From: a virus | Taxonomy: Duplodnaviria; Caudoviricetes | Strand: one strand, 5' to 3' | DNA length: 36,519 nt | IMG/VR virus record: IMGVR_UViG_3300048080_000159 | Location: 1 to 36,519 of that record | Shown here: positions 26,319 through 34,877 of the stretch, in pieces | Position numbering within the stretch: position 1 is the first letter of the stretch | How the letters are laid out: each line of letters opens with the position of its first letter | Program-made: the position numbers and the translations under genes | Notes under the pieces: model-generated | Told to the model about the DNA's origin: nothing | Database searches by the model: none | What the model saw: only the letters and a program-made list of their open reading frames with translations

Positions 26319-26524
26319 TTCGCCTCCAGGATGCGGCGGTGTACTTCGAGGGTATCGAGGCCAGATTTGTTTGTGCTGTTCGGACGACTTTTCACGATCA
26401 ACTCGGCATCGCCGCGCATGACGACAGTCAGGGGTTGGTGAATCGGGGGGCGATCCAGGCGGATCCAGCTAATGTCCTCGCTGTTGACGGCGAGGCCGGT
26501 GGATTGATCAAGGAGGATCATCAT
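26315..26524 (-). CDS. Hypothetical phage protein, 69 aa
   Basis: Start MMILLDQSTG overlaps the dnaB stop; GAGG SD. Confidence 0.7.
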   Translation of the reverse strand: MMILLDQSTGLAVNSEDISWIRLDRPPIHQPLTVVMRGDAELIVKSRPNSTNKSGLDTLEVHRRILEAK

Positions 26525-27894
26525 TGACCTTTCCTCCCCTTGTACTGGCTCGCAAACGGCCGCTGCATCTCGACTTCCTCGTTGGATGGCTCGCGCCCGG
26601 CGAAGTTGACGAATCGGGCGAACTGGCCCTGCTGCTGGACCAGGCACGAACTGACCGGAGCGTGTCGGCACTTGGGCATGATCAGCTCGGTGACGCCGTT
26701 TTGGCCTTCCTCGCTGTCCATGTCGCGGTGGACCAGGATGATGCAGTGGGCGTCCGCCTCGATCTGTCCGGAGTCGCGCAGGTCGGAGGCGATCGGCTTC
26801 TTGCCCGGGCGCTTGGTCGAGTCCCGGTTGAGCTGGGCCAGCAGGATCACCGGCACGTTGAGCTCCTTGGCAATGTTGACGATGCCGGTTGAGATCTTGC
26901 CGAGCTCCGCGGTGCGGTTGAACGCCTTACCGTCAGACCCGATCAGCCCGATGTAATCGATCACCACTACGTCGAGACCATGGGCGCGTTGAACCTGTCG
27001 GCAGATGCTGCGGATCCGCGCGACCGTGAGGCCCGACTTGTCGCTGACGTACAAGGGGGCATCCATCAGCTTACTGACCGCCGATGTCAGCCGAGGCCAA
27101 TCCTCATCCTGCAGTTGCCCATCGTCGAGTTTGCGCAGGTCGACGCCGCCAATCGATGCCAGCGCCCGGTTGCCCAGTTCCTCCTCGGGCATCTCAAGGC
27201 TGAACACCATGCCAACACCGGCGCCGGAGCAGGCAATATGCTGCGCGATCTGCAAACCGAGGGTGGTCTTGCCGCTACCGGGCAGGCCGGCCACGATGGT
27301 GACGGTCTTTTTGCGCAGGCCACGGATCATCTTGTCCAGTTCTACCAGCCCGGTGGACTGCCCTGATTGAACCTGTCCGTTGAATTTGGCGTCGATGATG
27401 TCGATGTTTCGCGCCACCACTTCGTCCATGCGCTTGTAGTCCGGCTCACCGGTGTCAAGGTCGCGTAGGTCGGCCATGGCCTGCTGGGCACTGGCGATAA
27501 TCTCGGTCACCGGTTTGTTTTCGCTGGCAGAGTCGCGCACCGCGTCAGCCGCATCCACCAACCGCCGCAACACCGCACGCTCCCTCACGGTTCGGGCATA
27601 TGCCTTCCAGTTGGCAGTGCTGGGGGTGTTCTTCGCCAGCTCACCGGCGTAGGCCAAGGTCATATTGCCGCTGGGCAGATACGGCTTGAAGCCGTGCAAC
27701 GTCACCGGATCAATTGGCGCACCGGTGCCATGGAGTTCAATCATCACCTCGAACAGAGCGGCGTTTTCCGGGTCGTGAAAGTCTGCCGTGGCCACGCTGG
27801 TGGTGATCGAATCGAACAGGTTGCCGTCCAGCATCAGGGCGCCCAGCAGAGCGTGCTCCGCTTCATCGCTGTACAACTCGCGATAGTCGTTCAT
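26521..27894 (-). CDS. dnaB: Replicative DNA helicase, DnaB family
   Basis: GLPGSGKT, FSLEM, IDYIGL, LAQLNR and DLRDSGQIEADA motifs. Confidence 0.97.
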   Translation of the reverse strand: MNDYRELYSDEAEHALLGALMLDGNLFDSITTSVATADFHDPENAALFEVMIELHGTGAPIDPVTLHGFKPYLPSGNMTLAYAGELAKNTPSTANWKAYARTVRERAVLRRLVDAADAVRDSASENKPVTEIIASAQQAMADLRDLDTGEPDYKRMDEVVARNIDIIDAKFNGQVQSGQSTGLVELDKMIRGLRKKTVTIVAGLPGSGKTTLGLQIAQHIACSGAGVGMVFSLEMPEEELGNRALASIGGVDLRKLDDGQLQDEDWPRLTSAVSKLMDAPLYVSDKSGLTVARIRSICRQVQRAHGLDVVVIDYIGLIGSDGKAFNRTAELGKISTGIVNIAKELNVPVILLAQLNRDSTKRPGKKPIASDLRDSGQIEADAHCIILVHRDMDSEEGQNGVTELIMPKCRHAPVSSCLVQQQGQFARFVNFAGREPSNEEVEMQRPFASQYKGRKGQ

Positions 27895-28688
27895 GCGCGC
27901 CTCCGCTCAGATTCCCAGGTGAACCCGGCCAGCAGCGCCTTGTTCTCGCGCAGGCGGTCGAGCGCTCGCTCGCCGATGTACTGGCCGAGCCCCTTGGCAT
28001 CCATGTTCGACACCAGCACCGTTGGCCTGACCAACTGATACCGGCGATCAAACACCTCATGCAGCACCGCCAGCTCGTAAGCGGTACCAGCCTGGGCGCC
28101 GACCTCATCGATCACCAACAGATCGAAGTCGGCCAATTCGGCGATCACATCACGCTCGCTGTACCCGGCAGCTCGATCCATCGAGCCTTTGAATACCCGG
28201 ATGATCTCCGCTGCCGAGGTGATAACGGCGACCGCGCCCAGCTTGCGAATGACCTGCTGAACAATGCTGCTGGCCAAGTGGGTTTTCCCGGTGCCGAGAT
28301 TTCCGCACAGCAACAGGTTCCGACCATCGCGGTAGTGATCGTCGAAGTTGTCGGCGTATCCCTGGCAGATTACCAAGGCCTGGGTCATGGCCGAGCTTGT
28401 GGCGCGGTAATTGGCGAACATGCTTCCAGCGAACCGAGGAGTGATTCCAGAGCCCACAAGCGCGCCGTTGACGCGTTCGGTGGTGACGTGAGCCAAGGCC
28501 TGGGTATGCGCCTCGCTGCCAATTGGAGCCACCCGTAAACCTTCCCATTGGCACGCTTTGCACGGACGGACCAGCATCGAGCCGTCGAACTGCTCGACCT
28601 CAGAGCGATCGACATGACCGTGCACAGAGCAGCTACCCGAGAAAATGCGAGTAGCTGGTGATCGGCGGAAATTAGAACGCTGGGACAT
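27891..28688 (-). CDS. DnaC/IstB-like helicase loader ATPase
   Basis: GNLGTGKTHLA, LLVIDEVG and DRL motifs; C..H...C..C N-terminus; start MSQRSNF. Confidence 0.93.
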   Translation of the reverse strand: MSQRSNFRRSPATRIFSGSCSVHGHVDRSEVEQFDGSMLVRPCKACQWEGLRVAPIGSEAHTQALAHVTTERVNGALVGSGITPRFAGSMFANYRATSSAMTQALVICQGYADNFDDHYRDGRNLLLCGNLGTGKTHLASSIVQQVIRKLGAVAVITSAAEIIRVFKGSMDRAAGYSERDVIAELADFDLLVIDEVGAQAGTAYELAVLHEVFDRRYQLVRPTVLVSNMDAKGLGQYIGERALDRLRENKALLAGFTWESERRRA

Positions 28689-29442
28689 TGGACGCCTCCT
28701 GTTGCAAATACATGTCTTCGGTGTGGACCGGGAGATTCGTGTAGGAGGACTGCTTGCCGGCGATTGCAGGCCGAAGAACATCAGTCCAACGCTCACCGTT
28801 CAGCCAAGTGGAGGCGTTCGGAATGTAGCGACCGCCGTCCTTGGTCCAGTCCTCGGAAACACAGTGGCTGCCCAATGCAGTGATCAGAGTTCGGTGAAGC
28901 TCTGCATCGGGTTTCAGCTTCGTCCACGCCTTGAGCGCTTCCTTGCGGCTCTTCTTCTTCGGGTACAGCTTCCAGAACTGTTCAAACCCTTCATCCAGAG
29001 CCACATCCCCCTCACCGTTTGCTGAAGGGTTTTTAATGCTCTTTGTATTGTTGCTGTGTGTATTGCTCCCCTGCGTGTTTCCCGAAGGGGGTTCGCCGCC
29101 TTTTCCGAAGGGGTTCGCAGCGTTTTGCGTTGCCGTGTTCGGAAAACCGAAGGGGTCAACAAGTCGCAGGCGGCGCTCGACTACGCGCTTGCCTTCACGG
29201 ATCAATTCAACGCGCACGTGCCCTTTATCAACAAGACCGCTGATGATCTCGGATACCCGAGATATCGACAGGTTGAAGAACTCAGCAAAGTGCGCGTTGG
29301 TGGCGTAACAACCGCGTGGACCGGTTTCCAAACTGGCGATCTCGCCGAGCATGACTTTCTCGGTTGGCGATAAAGTCCGATCAAGCCAACGATCAGCGGG
29401 TATCCATACGCCTTGAAATTTACGTGGAGTGTCGACGGTCAT
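28672..29442 (-). CDS. Phage replication initiator (wHTH plus conserved C-terminal domain)
   Basis: CYATNAHFAE HTH, FEQFWKLYPKK and YIP.ASTWLNGERW.D motifs. Confidence 0.9.
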   Translation of the reverse strand: MTVDTPRKFQGVWIPADRWLDRTLSPTEKVMLGEIASLETGPRGCYATNAHFAEFFNLSISRVSEIISGLVDKGHVRVELIREGKRVVERRLRLVDPFGFPNTATQNAANPFGKGGEPPSGNTQGSNTHSNNTKSIKNPSANGEGDVALDEGFEQFWKLYPKKKSRKEALKAWTKLKPDAELHRTLITALGSHCVSEDWTKDGGRYIPNASTWLNGERWTDVLRPAIAGKQSSYTNLPVHTEDMYLQQEASNVPAF

Positions 29443-29663
29443 AGATTCATCTCACGGCAGACGCGACGGATGAAGTCGTCGTAGGTTTCAGTCATGGCGA
29501 ACCCTTGATTTTCGAGAGCTTCGCGGTAGGCTTTGGCGCTGCCATAAAGCACCCAGCGCTCGCGCTCAGGCAGGGTCTTGAAAGTGGCGTAGCTCGGCCA
29601 CGGGCCAGCAATTACCGGTGCTGACTCCTTATCGGTGGTTGGATGTTTCGGCTGGATCTTCAT
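29439..29663 (-). CDS. Hypothetical phage protein
   Basis: Coupled by 4-bp overlaps in the early operon. Confidence 0.75.
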   Translation of the reverse strand: MKIQPKHPTTDKESAPVIAGPWPSYATFKTLPERERWVLYGSAKAYREALENQGFAMTETYDDFIRRVCREMNL

Positions 29664-29992
29664 TGCAGAGTCTCCACGGCAGGGAACTGATGGACACCAG
29701 GCTCAAGCACTAGAACCTCCAGACGCAGTTGTAAGACTTCTTTGCGCAGAACCTCGGCATCCATCCCTGTGAGGCGCCTCACAAGGGCTCGGAGTGCCAC
29801 ACAGGCATGTGCAACTTCAAACTTGGCATCGTGCAGACTGTCCACGCAGGCTCCATCGTCGAACAGAATTTCTTGCGCCAGGTCCACTCCGATCCAAGCT
29901 TTGTAAGCCAACTGATCGTTGGTGAATTGCTCCATATGTTCGTCATCGATCACCGTCGGGTCCGTTGACAATCGCGTTTTGTTTTGGCTCAT
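29660..29992 (-). CDS. Hypothetical phage protein
   Basis: Coupled by 4-bp overlaps in the early operon. Confidence 0.75.
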   Translation of the reverse strand: MSQNKTRLSTDPTVIDDEHMEQFTNDQLAYKAWIGVDLAQEILFDDGACVDSLHDAKFEVAHACVALRALVRRLTGMDAEVLRKEVLQLRLEVLVLEPGVHQFPAVETLQ

Positions 29993-30753
29993 GCGGAGGT
30001 CCTCAGGCGCAGCTTGAAGCGGCCTTGCTGAATATCAGGATGGGTCGCGCGTTCGGCAGTGACGAAGGTGCATTCGGCAGCGAACCGGTCGAAGCGGCGC
30101 GTGATGTCGGCCTTCGGCCAAATGGCATACGGTTGACCACCGTCGTCAGCGTGCTTGCTGCGCACCATGGCGAACGGAAGCGGGCAGCCAGGTATGTCAC
30201 GCATCACGGCATTGATGACCCACTGCGGGATCCCATGGCGCAGATTGATGCGCGAGCGGATTGAGGTCATAGATTCGAAACCGGCGGGCATTGAATCCAG
30301 GTAACGGACCTGCTCAACACTGGCCACACGGCTTTCGATGCCGGCCATCACCTGTTCGGTTTGGGCTTGGCGACGTTCCATGTCGACGAGAAGATTGGCA
30401 CTTGCCGCTATCAGTTGAGCTTGGGACATTGGCCTCTGGTAACCACCAGTCTTGCGGATGCTCGGGAGGACATCACCAACAACCCACTCTTCGAAAGCTT
30501 CCGCAGCCGGCATCTTCGATCGCATGACAAGCCGGTATAGATCGCGCTCAGGAATCACTTTCACATTGCGGGCCTGACCCGTCATTTCAACGGGGCAGGT
30601 TTTCGATGCTTTGCAGTGCGCACGCACCGCCTGATCGGTATCGATGTACTCCAACAGATCGGCGACGTCCTTGGCGACAAACCATGGTTCACCCTGGTCG
30701 TCGGTAACTACTCGGATCTCGTTGCCGCGGAAGTCGAAGGGGATCATGTTCAT
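29989..30753 (-). CDS. Bro-N domain antirepressor-like protein
   Basis: F.G.EIRVV....GEPWFVAKDVA..L.Y, E.DLYRL..RS..P.A..F..WV...VLPSIRKTG.Y motifs. Confidence 0.92.
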   Translation of the reverse strand: MNMIPFDFRGNEIRVVTDDQGEPWFVAKDVADLLEYIDTDQAVRAHCKASKTCPVEMTGQARNVKVIPERDLYRLVMRSKMPAAEAFEEWVVGDVLPSIRKTGGYQRPMSQAQLIAASANLLVDMERRQAQTEQVMAGIESRVASVEQVRYLDSMPAGFESMTSIRSRINLRHGIPQWVINAVMRDIPGCPLPFAMVRSKHADDGGQPYAIWPKADITRRFDRFAAECTFVTAERATHPDIQQGRFKLRLRTSA

Positions 30754-31046
30754 TGATCACCTCCGGCTGCAGACAACATATTTTCTGCTTCAGCGCTTTG
30801 TGTCGCGACATCAGAAGCATTGAGTTCTGCATGCCAGTCTTCGATCAGGCAGTCGACGCTGTTGGCCTGGTCTATGGCGACAAGTGCGCCCAATGCGGCG
30901 AGACTTGCCGCATCCGAGTAAGCCTGTGCGCCCTTCTTCAGCGAATTGAATAAAGCCCCAAGCTGCTGAAGCGTTTCGCGTGCCGCCCTCAGCGAATCAA
31001 GAGCGTCTTCTGCAATTGCACTCGCCGAGCGAATGGAAGTGTTCAT
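30750..31046 (-). CDS. Hypothetical helical protein
   Basis: 4-bp overlaps on both sides. Confidence 0.75.
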   Translation of the reverse strand: MNTSIRSASAIAEDALDSLRAARETLQQLGALFNSLKKGAQAYSDAASLAALGALVAIDQANSVDCLIEDWHAELNASDVATQSAEAENMLSAAGGDQ

Positions 31047-31363
31047 GCTTCACCGCCCTGACGATTGCCAAACTCGACGCTGAGAACGCCGGAGTCGACA
31101 AGTGCCTTTGCCGAGTCGACCAAGAACCGGATGCCGTAGATTTCATTCGCATCCATGCCTTCTTCTAGGAAGCGATCAAGGAAGCTCGTTGCGGCCGCCA
31201 AAAGATTGCTCGAAGAACTGAACGCTTCGCTGATAGGCATACCCGGGCGAACCTCAATCAGTCCCAGCGACTCGTCGGTGCTGTCAAAGGAGTGGAAAGG
31301 GGCGCGGCTGGTAAGAAGGATCTCTTGCGCCTTTAGTAGAGCAGTGCTATTTTTTGGGTGCAT
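31043..31363 (-). CDS. DUF3077-like protein
   Basis: EVRPGMPISEAF and LVDSAKALVDS resemble DUF3077; GGAGG SD before ATG 31363. Confidence 0.7.
   Translation of the reverse strand: MHPKNSTALLKAQEILLTSRAPFHSFDSTDESLGLIEVRPGMPISEAFSSSSNLLAAATSFLDRFLEEGMDANEIYGIRFLVDSAKALVDSGVLSVEFGNRQGGEA
31325..31353 (+). promoter_or_regulatory. Antisense promoter candidate
   Basis: TTGCGC-17 bp-TATTTT with extended -10 TG. Confidence 0.55.
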
Positions 31364-31453
31364 TGATTCGTCCTCCAACAGACGAAGAAGTACTGAGGCA
31401 CTTGTCCAACCAAGTGCTGCTTAAGGAGCCCGCTTCCAACAGCGGGCTTTTTT
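31360..31453 (+). ncRNA. Putative antisense sRNA with three TCCAAC-loop hairpins ending in a terminator
   Basis: Hairpins at 31367-31386, 31398-31417 and 31427-31448, then T6; complementary to the SD and ATG of the 31363 gene. Confidence 0.6.
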
Positions 31454-31636
31454 GTGCCTGGCGTTTAGGTTTACCCATGACCACAACACAAAAAAATGAT
31501 GCAACCCTCTCCCCTGAGAGAGTTGAGGCCTACCCTGGACGGGCGGGCGGAATAAATGATCGTGGGCGCATATCACATCTCCAGAATTCGCAAGCTATAG
31601 CTCTAATAGTGGGAAGGCAGTGGTGCGCTATAACGA

Positions 31637-31918
31637 TTAAAAAATCTTGAAAAACGAGACATGTCGCTTTTTCATAACTATTAGTCGCCCTATTGAATAA
31701 CCTGCTGCAAAACATTGAACGTCGTATCCGCGCATGCGCGGAAATGAGTTTTCGCATGCTGAAACTTTCGCCCGCGCCATGAAGGCAAGGACAGCTAAGT
31801 CTGGCTGTACAGTTTTTTCAATTTGATATGCAAAGACCAAGCAATGGAAGTCGCTGACCAGGCCCTGCGGAGGGCCTTCCATTTTTCCTGCGGAAGTGCA
31901 GGCCGCGACGATACTCAT
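31637..31918 (-). CDS. Doubtful hypothetical ORF in the cII position
   Basis: ATGA overlap with the cro stop, but no recognisable motif. Confidence 0.3.
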   Translation of the reverse strand: MSIVAACTSAGKMEGPPQGLVSDFHCLVFAYQIEKTVQPDLAVLAFMARAKVSACENSFPRMRGYDVQCFAAGYSIGRLIVMKKRHVSFFKIF

Positions 31919-32241
31919 GAAGCGAGGGCCTCAGGAGGGTCGAGTTTTATAGCAGTGCTGGATGGATGAACAGAGCCATCAGGCCCAGGTGCGTGATCAG
32001 GCGGATGGAGGGAAGATTTGTTCAAGGTTTGCAGAGCTACAACCTCAGCAATCACTACGCTTAGTTCAGAAGCGGAAATTGCCCCTCCGGACTTTTGCTC
32101 AGCAAGGACTGCTTTCTCGGGACTGATTTTTTGGGCGCCTGACAACCAATACGAAACCGTCGGCTGAGAAACGCCCAAGGCTTTTGCGGTAAGCGCCTGG
32201 TTCCCGAAATGAAGAATAAGTTTGCTGATGATAGGAGCCAC
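31915..32241 (-). CDS. cro: Cro-like HTH repressor
   Basis: HFGNQALTAKALGVSQPTVSYWLSG; divergent from cI. Confidence 0.88.
   Translation of the reverse strand: MAPIISKLILHFGNQALTAKALGVSQPTVSYWLSGAQKISPEKAVLAEQKSGGAISASELSVVIAEVVALQTLNKSSLHPPDHAPGPDGSVHPSSTAIKLDPPEALAS
31958..31973. promoter_or_regulatory. Candidate LexA box in the cro 3' end
   Basis: CTGGATGGATGAACAG (minus strand CTGTTCATCCATCCAG) fits CTG-N10-CAG and resembles the box at 1858. Confidence 0.55.
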
Positions 32242-32255
32242 GTCGTCGGCCTCTG

Positions 32256-32316
32256 ATAAGTCTTTTTATAGACTGCACAGAAGTAAACTTCTTTGCAACC
32301 CCATAAGTATTTTTAT
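32256..32316. promoter_or_regulatory. Three 14-bp operators between cro and cI (OR-like)
   Basis: ATAAGTCTTTTTAT (32256), AGAAGTAAACTTCT (32279), ATAAGTATTTTTAT (32303); consensus ATAAG-N4-CTTAT, 23-24 bp period. Confidence 0.75.
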
Positions 32317-32327
32317 AGGATCAGCGG

Positions 32328-33107
32328 ATGAACTTATCCGAACGAATCAAGCTAGCTCGCAAGAAAGCAGGACTTACCCAGTCCGGCCTCGCCGAATCGG
32401 TGGGCATCGCTCAGACCGCAATCAGTCAGCTAGAGTCTGGGAAAACGTTGCGCTCCTCGTACCTGATTCAAATAGCTCGATCTTGCGGAGTGAACAGCGT
32501 TTGGCTGGCGTCTGGCGAAGGCGAAATGCTTTCGCCTGAAGATTTCTCGACTTCCCTGAGCAGCGAACTTGAAGAAATCATGCGCGGAGAGCATGAGGAC
32601 GATGCGGCACTGAACATCGCTTTACGTGAAAGGCTGGAAGAGGTGCGTAACGCCAGTAGATACGTCTCGGCGGGTACTTTTCTCACGGAAGAGATACCCT
32701 ACCTTGTAGAGCTTGATGACCCGCTTGACCCTTCGAAAACGATGGTCGAGGTGAGCGTCAAGCTTCATCTTGATCTTAACGATGAAATACTCCTGAAGCA
32801 GGAAGTCTTGCCGCAGAACGTTGTTGCGGTAGCGATCTCCGGCAACTCAATGGCACCCGTCCTGCAAGACGGCAGTACAGTCATCGCCCATTTGCTTGAA
32901 AATCACGTCGTCGACGGACGAATGTATGTGATGGACCACGGCGGACAGATAAGGGTCAAGGCCCTGTATAGGCTTCCTGGCGGAGGCATCAGGGTGAGAA
33001 GCTACAACACGGCTGAACATCCCGACGAGTCATACTCAGCACTCGAAATGGAAGAGGCTAAAATTCGCATCATAGGGCGTGTTTTCTGGGGCGCCTCTTT
33101 TTATTAG
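32328..33107 (+). CDS. cI: CI-like repressor (XRE HTH plus S24 peptidase domain)
   Basis: LSERIK.AR...GLTQ..LA..VG..Q.AISQLE.GK; GNSM.P and RVK catalytic motifs; IIGRVFW end. Confidence 0.95.
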   Translation: MNLSERIKLARKKAGLTQSGLAESVGIAQTAISQLESGKTLRSSYLIQIARSCGVNSVWLASGEGEMLSPEDFSTSLSSELEEIMRGEHEDDAALNIALRERLEEVRNASRYVSAGTFLTEEIPYLVELDDPLDPSKTMVEVSVKLHLDLNDEILLKQEVLPQNVVAVAISGNSMAPVLQDGSTVIAHLLENHVVDGRMYVMDHGGQIRVKALYRLPGGGIRVRSYNTAEHPDESYSALEMEEAKIRIIGRVFWGASFY

Positions 33108-33125
33108 TCGAGACACGTGCCTCCT

Positions 33126-33148
33126 AGCCCGGTTAGCCGGGCTTTTTT
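33126..33148 (+). terminator. cI terminator
   Basis: AGCCCGG-TTAG-CCGGGCTTTTTT. Confidence 0.85.
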
Positions 33149-33189
33149 GTGACCGCCGATCCGCGATTATAATTTCACTGCTCAACAAT

Positions 33190-33228
33190 ATAAAAATACT
33201 TCTTGTCTCGCAATATCAATCAGCTTAT
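33190..33228. promoter_or_regulatory. OL-like operators
   Basis: ATAAAAATACTTCT (33190) and ATCAATCAGCTTAT (33215) match the OR consensus, upstream of the early operon leading to int. Confidence 0.65.
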
Positions 33229-33265
33229 ATTTTCTTCATCGAAGACAAGATGGAGCAACACACCA

Positions 33266-33574
33266 ATGAGTGGAATTATCAATTTCGGACAGTTTCATGG
33301 ATCGACCGGCCTATTGGCGGAGCAAGAGATGCGCGCCGCTATGGCAATCTGCTCAGGTCTGTCCGGCAAGGAGGCGGCTCGAGTCCTAGGTTGCGCACCA
33401 GGCACAGTTAAAAAAACTGTAGAACGCATTTTCTTCAAGCTGGGTGTTTCCAACCGAGCGGCCTTAGTAGCAGAGGTTTTCAAACGCGGCCTGATTGATT
33501 TCGCATGCAACATGACCCCTTCCCCACAGCATCAGCACGAACAGGAATCTACCAGTGGCGCTCTCATCGCGTGA
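33266..33574 (+). CDS. LuxR-type HTH protein
   Basis: LAEQE....ICSGLSGKEAARVLGCAPGTVKKTVERIFFKLGVSNRAALV; GGAG SD before ATG 33266. Confidence 0.88.
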   Translation: MSGIINFGQFHGSTGLLAEQEMRAAMAICSGLSGKEAARVLGCAPGTVKKTVERIFFKLGVSNRAALVAEVFKRGLIDFACNMTPSPQHQHEQESTSGALIA

Positions 33575-33707
33575 TCAGCGGCGTGCGCCTGCGGAGCGGG
33601 CGTAGTCCAGTGATCAGCGATCCGCTGACCGTTTAATCAAACCAGTTTTTCGCGAAAGCCAACAACGCGGCCGGGATTCGTTCGGCCTAAAAAAAAGGAG
33701 CGACACC

Positions 33708-33902
33708 ATGTTGATTCTCACCCGTCGAGTCGGCGAAACAATCCGCATCAACGACGACATCAGCGTCACTGTGCTTGCCGTCACGGGCCAGCAAGTGCGT
33801 ATCGGTATCACCGCGCCGGCCGCTGTCGAAGTGCACCGCGAAGAGATCTACCAGCGCATCCAGGCAGACGTCCCACAGGTGAAAGGGGAAGCCCGTGCCT
33901 AA
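33708..33902 (+). CDS. csrA: CsrA/RsmA family RNA-binding protein
   Basis: [46 protein letters not shown]; AAGGAG SD. Confidence 0.97.
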   Translation: MLILTRRVGETIRINDDISVTVLAVTGQQVRIGITAPAAVEVHREEIYQRIQADVPQVKGEARA

Positions 33903-34290
33903 CTCACTGAAGCGCCCGGTGATCGACAGGATTTCAATCGTCTTGCGCCCTGCCGATGGGCAAACGTTGGACCAGATCGCTCCGTTTGTTCAACTCGGTG
34001 CTCACGTTTCAATCGGGCGCGGCTTAGCGGTTATCGCCGGCGCCAGCGACCGGGACGTCGTCACGCCAGCGATGGATACGGCCGAGTTCTGCATCGACGA
34101 CCACATCCAAATGGCTGCCGACGCCAACCGTTACCGCTGGCTGCGCGACCGCACCAGGGCAAGGGATTTGGACACCGATATCTGCGCCTCGGCGGATGAT
34201 CAGTGCTTCTTCGGGTGCGACTTGGACAAGAACATCGACGACGCGATGCGCCTGACCCGCCTTGAGGAGTTGCACCCATGCGTGGATTGA
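33895..34290 (+). CDS. Hypothetical phage protein (DA.RYRWLR motif)
   Basis: [10 protein letters not shown] and LD..ID.AM motifs, common in Pseudomonas phage early genes. Confidence 0.78.
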   Translation: MPNSLKRPVIDRISIVLRPADGQTLDQIAPFVQLGAHVSIGRGLAVIAGASDRDVVTPAMDTAEFCIDDHIQMAADANRYRWLRDRTRARDLDTDICASADDQCFFGCDLDKNIDDAMRLTRLEELHPCVD

Positions 34291-34562
34291 TCACTATCGC
34301 CCTGCTGGTCGCCTTGGGCGAGGCCAGTGCCAGTCCTGCCGAACAAGTCATCAGCGTTCAGCACGATTCAAGCCGTGCGGTTACTTGCTGGATCACACCC
34401 CAAGGCGGCATCAGTTGCTTGCCGGACAATCAGCTCGCCCCGCTCCCACAGGCGGCCACCCTTTCCAGCCATACGGGCAGGGCCTCGACAGCCAGTTCTG
34501 GGTACGAAAACGGGACTTTCCCGGCCGCCCCGCTCCCACAGGATGAGAGGTTACAGCTATGA
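34278..34562 (+). CDS. Small exported protein
   Basis: Signal peptide [18 protein letters not shown]; HD..RAVTCW.....GISCLP motif; GAGGAG SD. Confidence 0.75.
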   Translation: MRGLITIALLVALGEASASPAEQVISVQHDSSRAVTCWITPQGGISCLPDNQLAPLPQAATLSSHTGRASTASSGYENGTFPAAPLPQDERLQL

Positions 34563-34753
34563 GCGCGAGCGCACAAAAGCCGGCAGCCGCGAGCAACGAG
34601 TTTGCCAGCCTGGGCACGCGACTCGTCCGCCTCGGTCATGCGTTGCAGGAACCCAGCACCACGGTTCATGAATTGGTGGCTTTGGCGATGGCGTGCGGCA
34701 TAAAGCTGCAGATGCGTGCGGTCGCCGAGTCGGAGGGGCGTAGCAATGGCTAA
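34559..34753 (+). CDS. Hypothetical protein
   Basis: ATGA overlap with the upstream gene. Confidence 0.7.
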   Translation: MSASAQKPAAASNEFASLGTRLVRLGHALQEPSTTVHELVALAMACGIKLQMRAVAESEGRSNG

Positions 34754-34877
34754 AACTATCCTGCCCTGTCGCTCAATCGTCTTTTACCTAAACAAGTCTT
34801 CAGTCGGAATTAACGGGCGGTGGTTTCCCCTGGCGAGCTGGGCGTGCGTGTCGGCTGCTGCTTGGGAGAAGATATGA
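34746..34877 (+). CDS. Small ORF, 43 aa, coupled to xis (below the ORF-track cutoff)
   Basis: GGAGG SD; MAKTILPCRSIVFYLNKSSVGINGRWFPLASWACVSAAAWEKI; its TGA overlaps the xis ATG. Confidence 0.5.
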   Translation: MAKTILPCRSIVFYLNKSSVGINGRWFPLASWACVSAAAWEKI

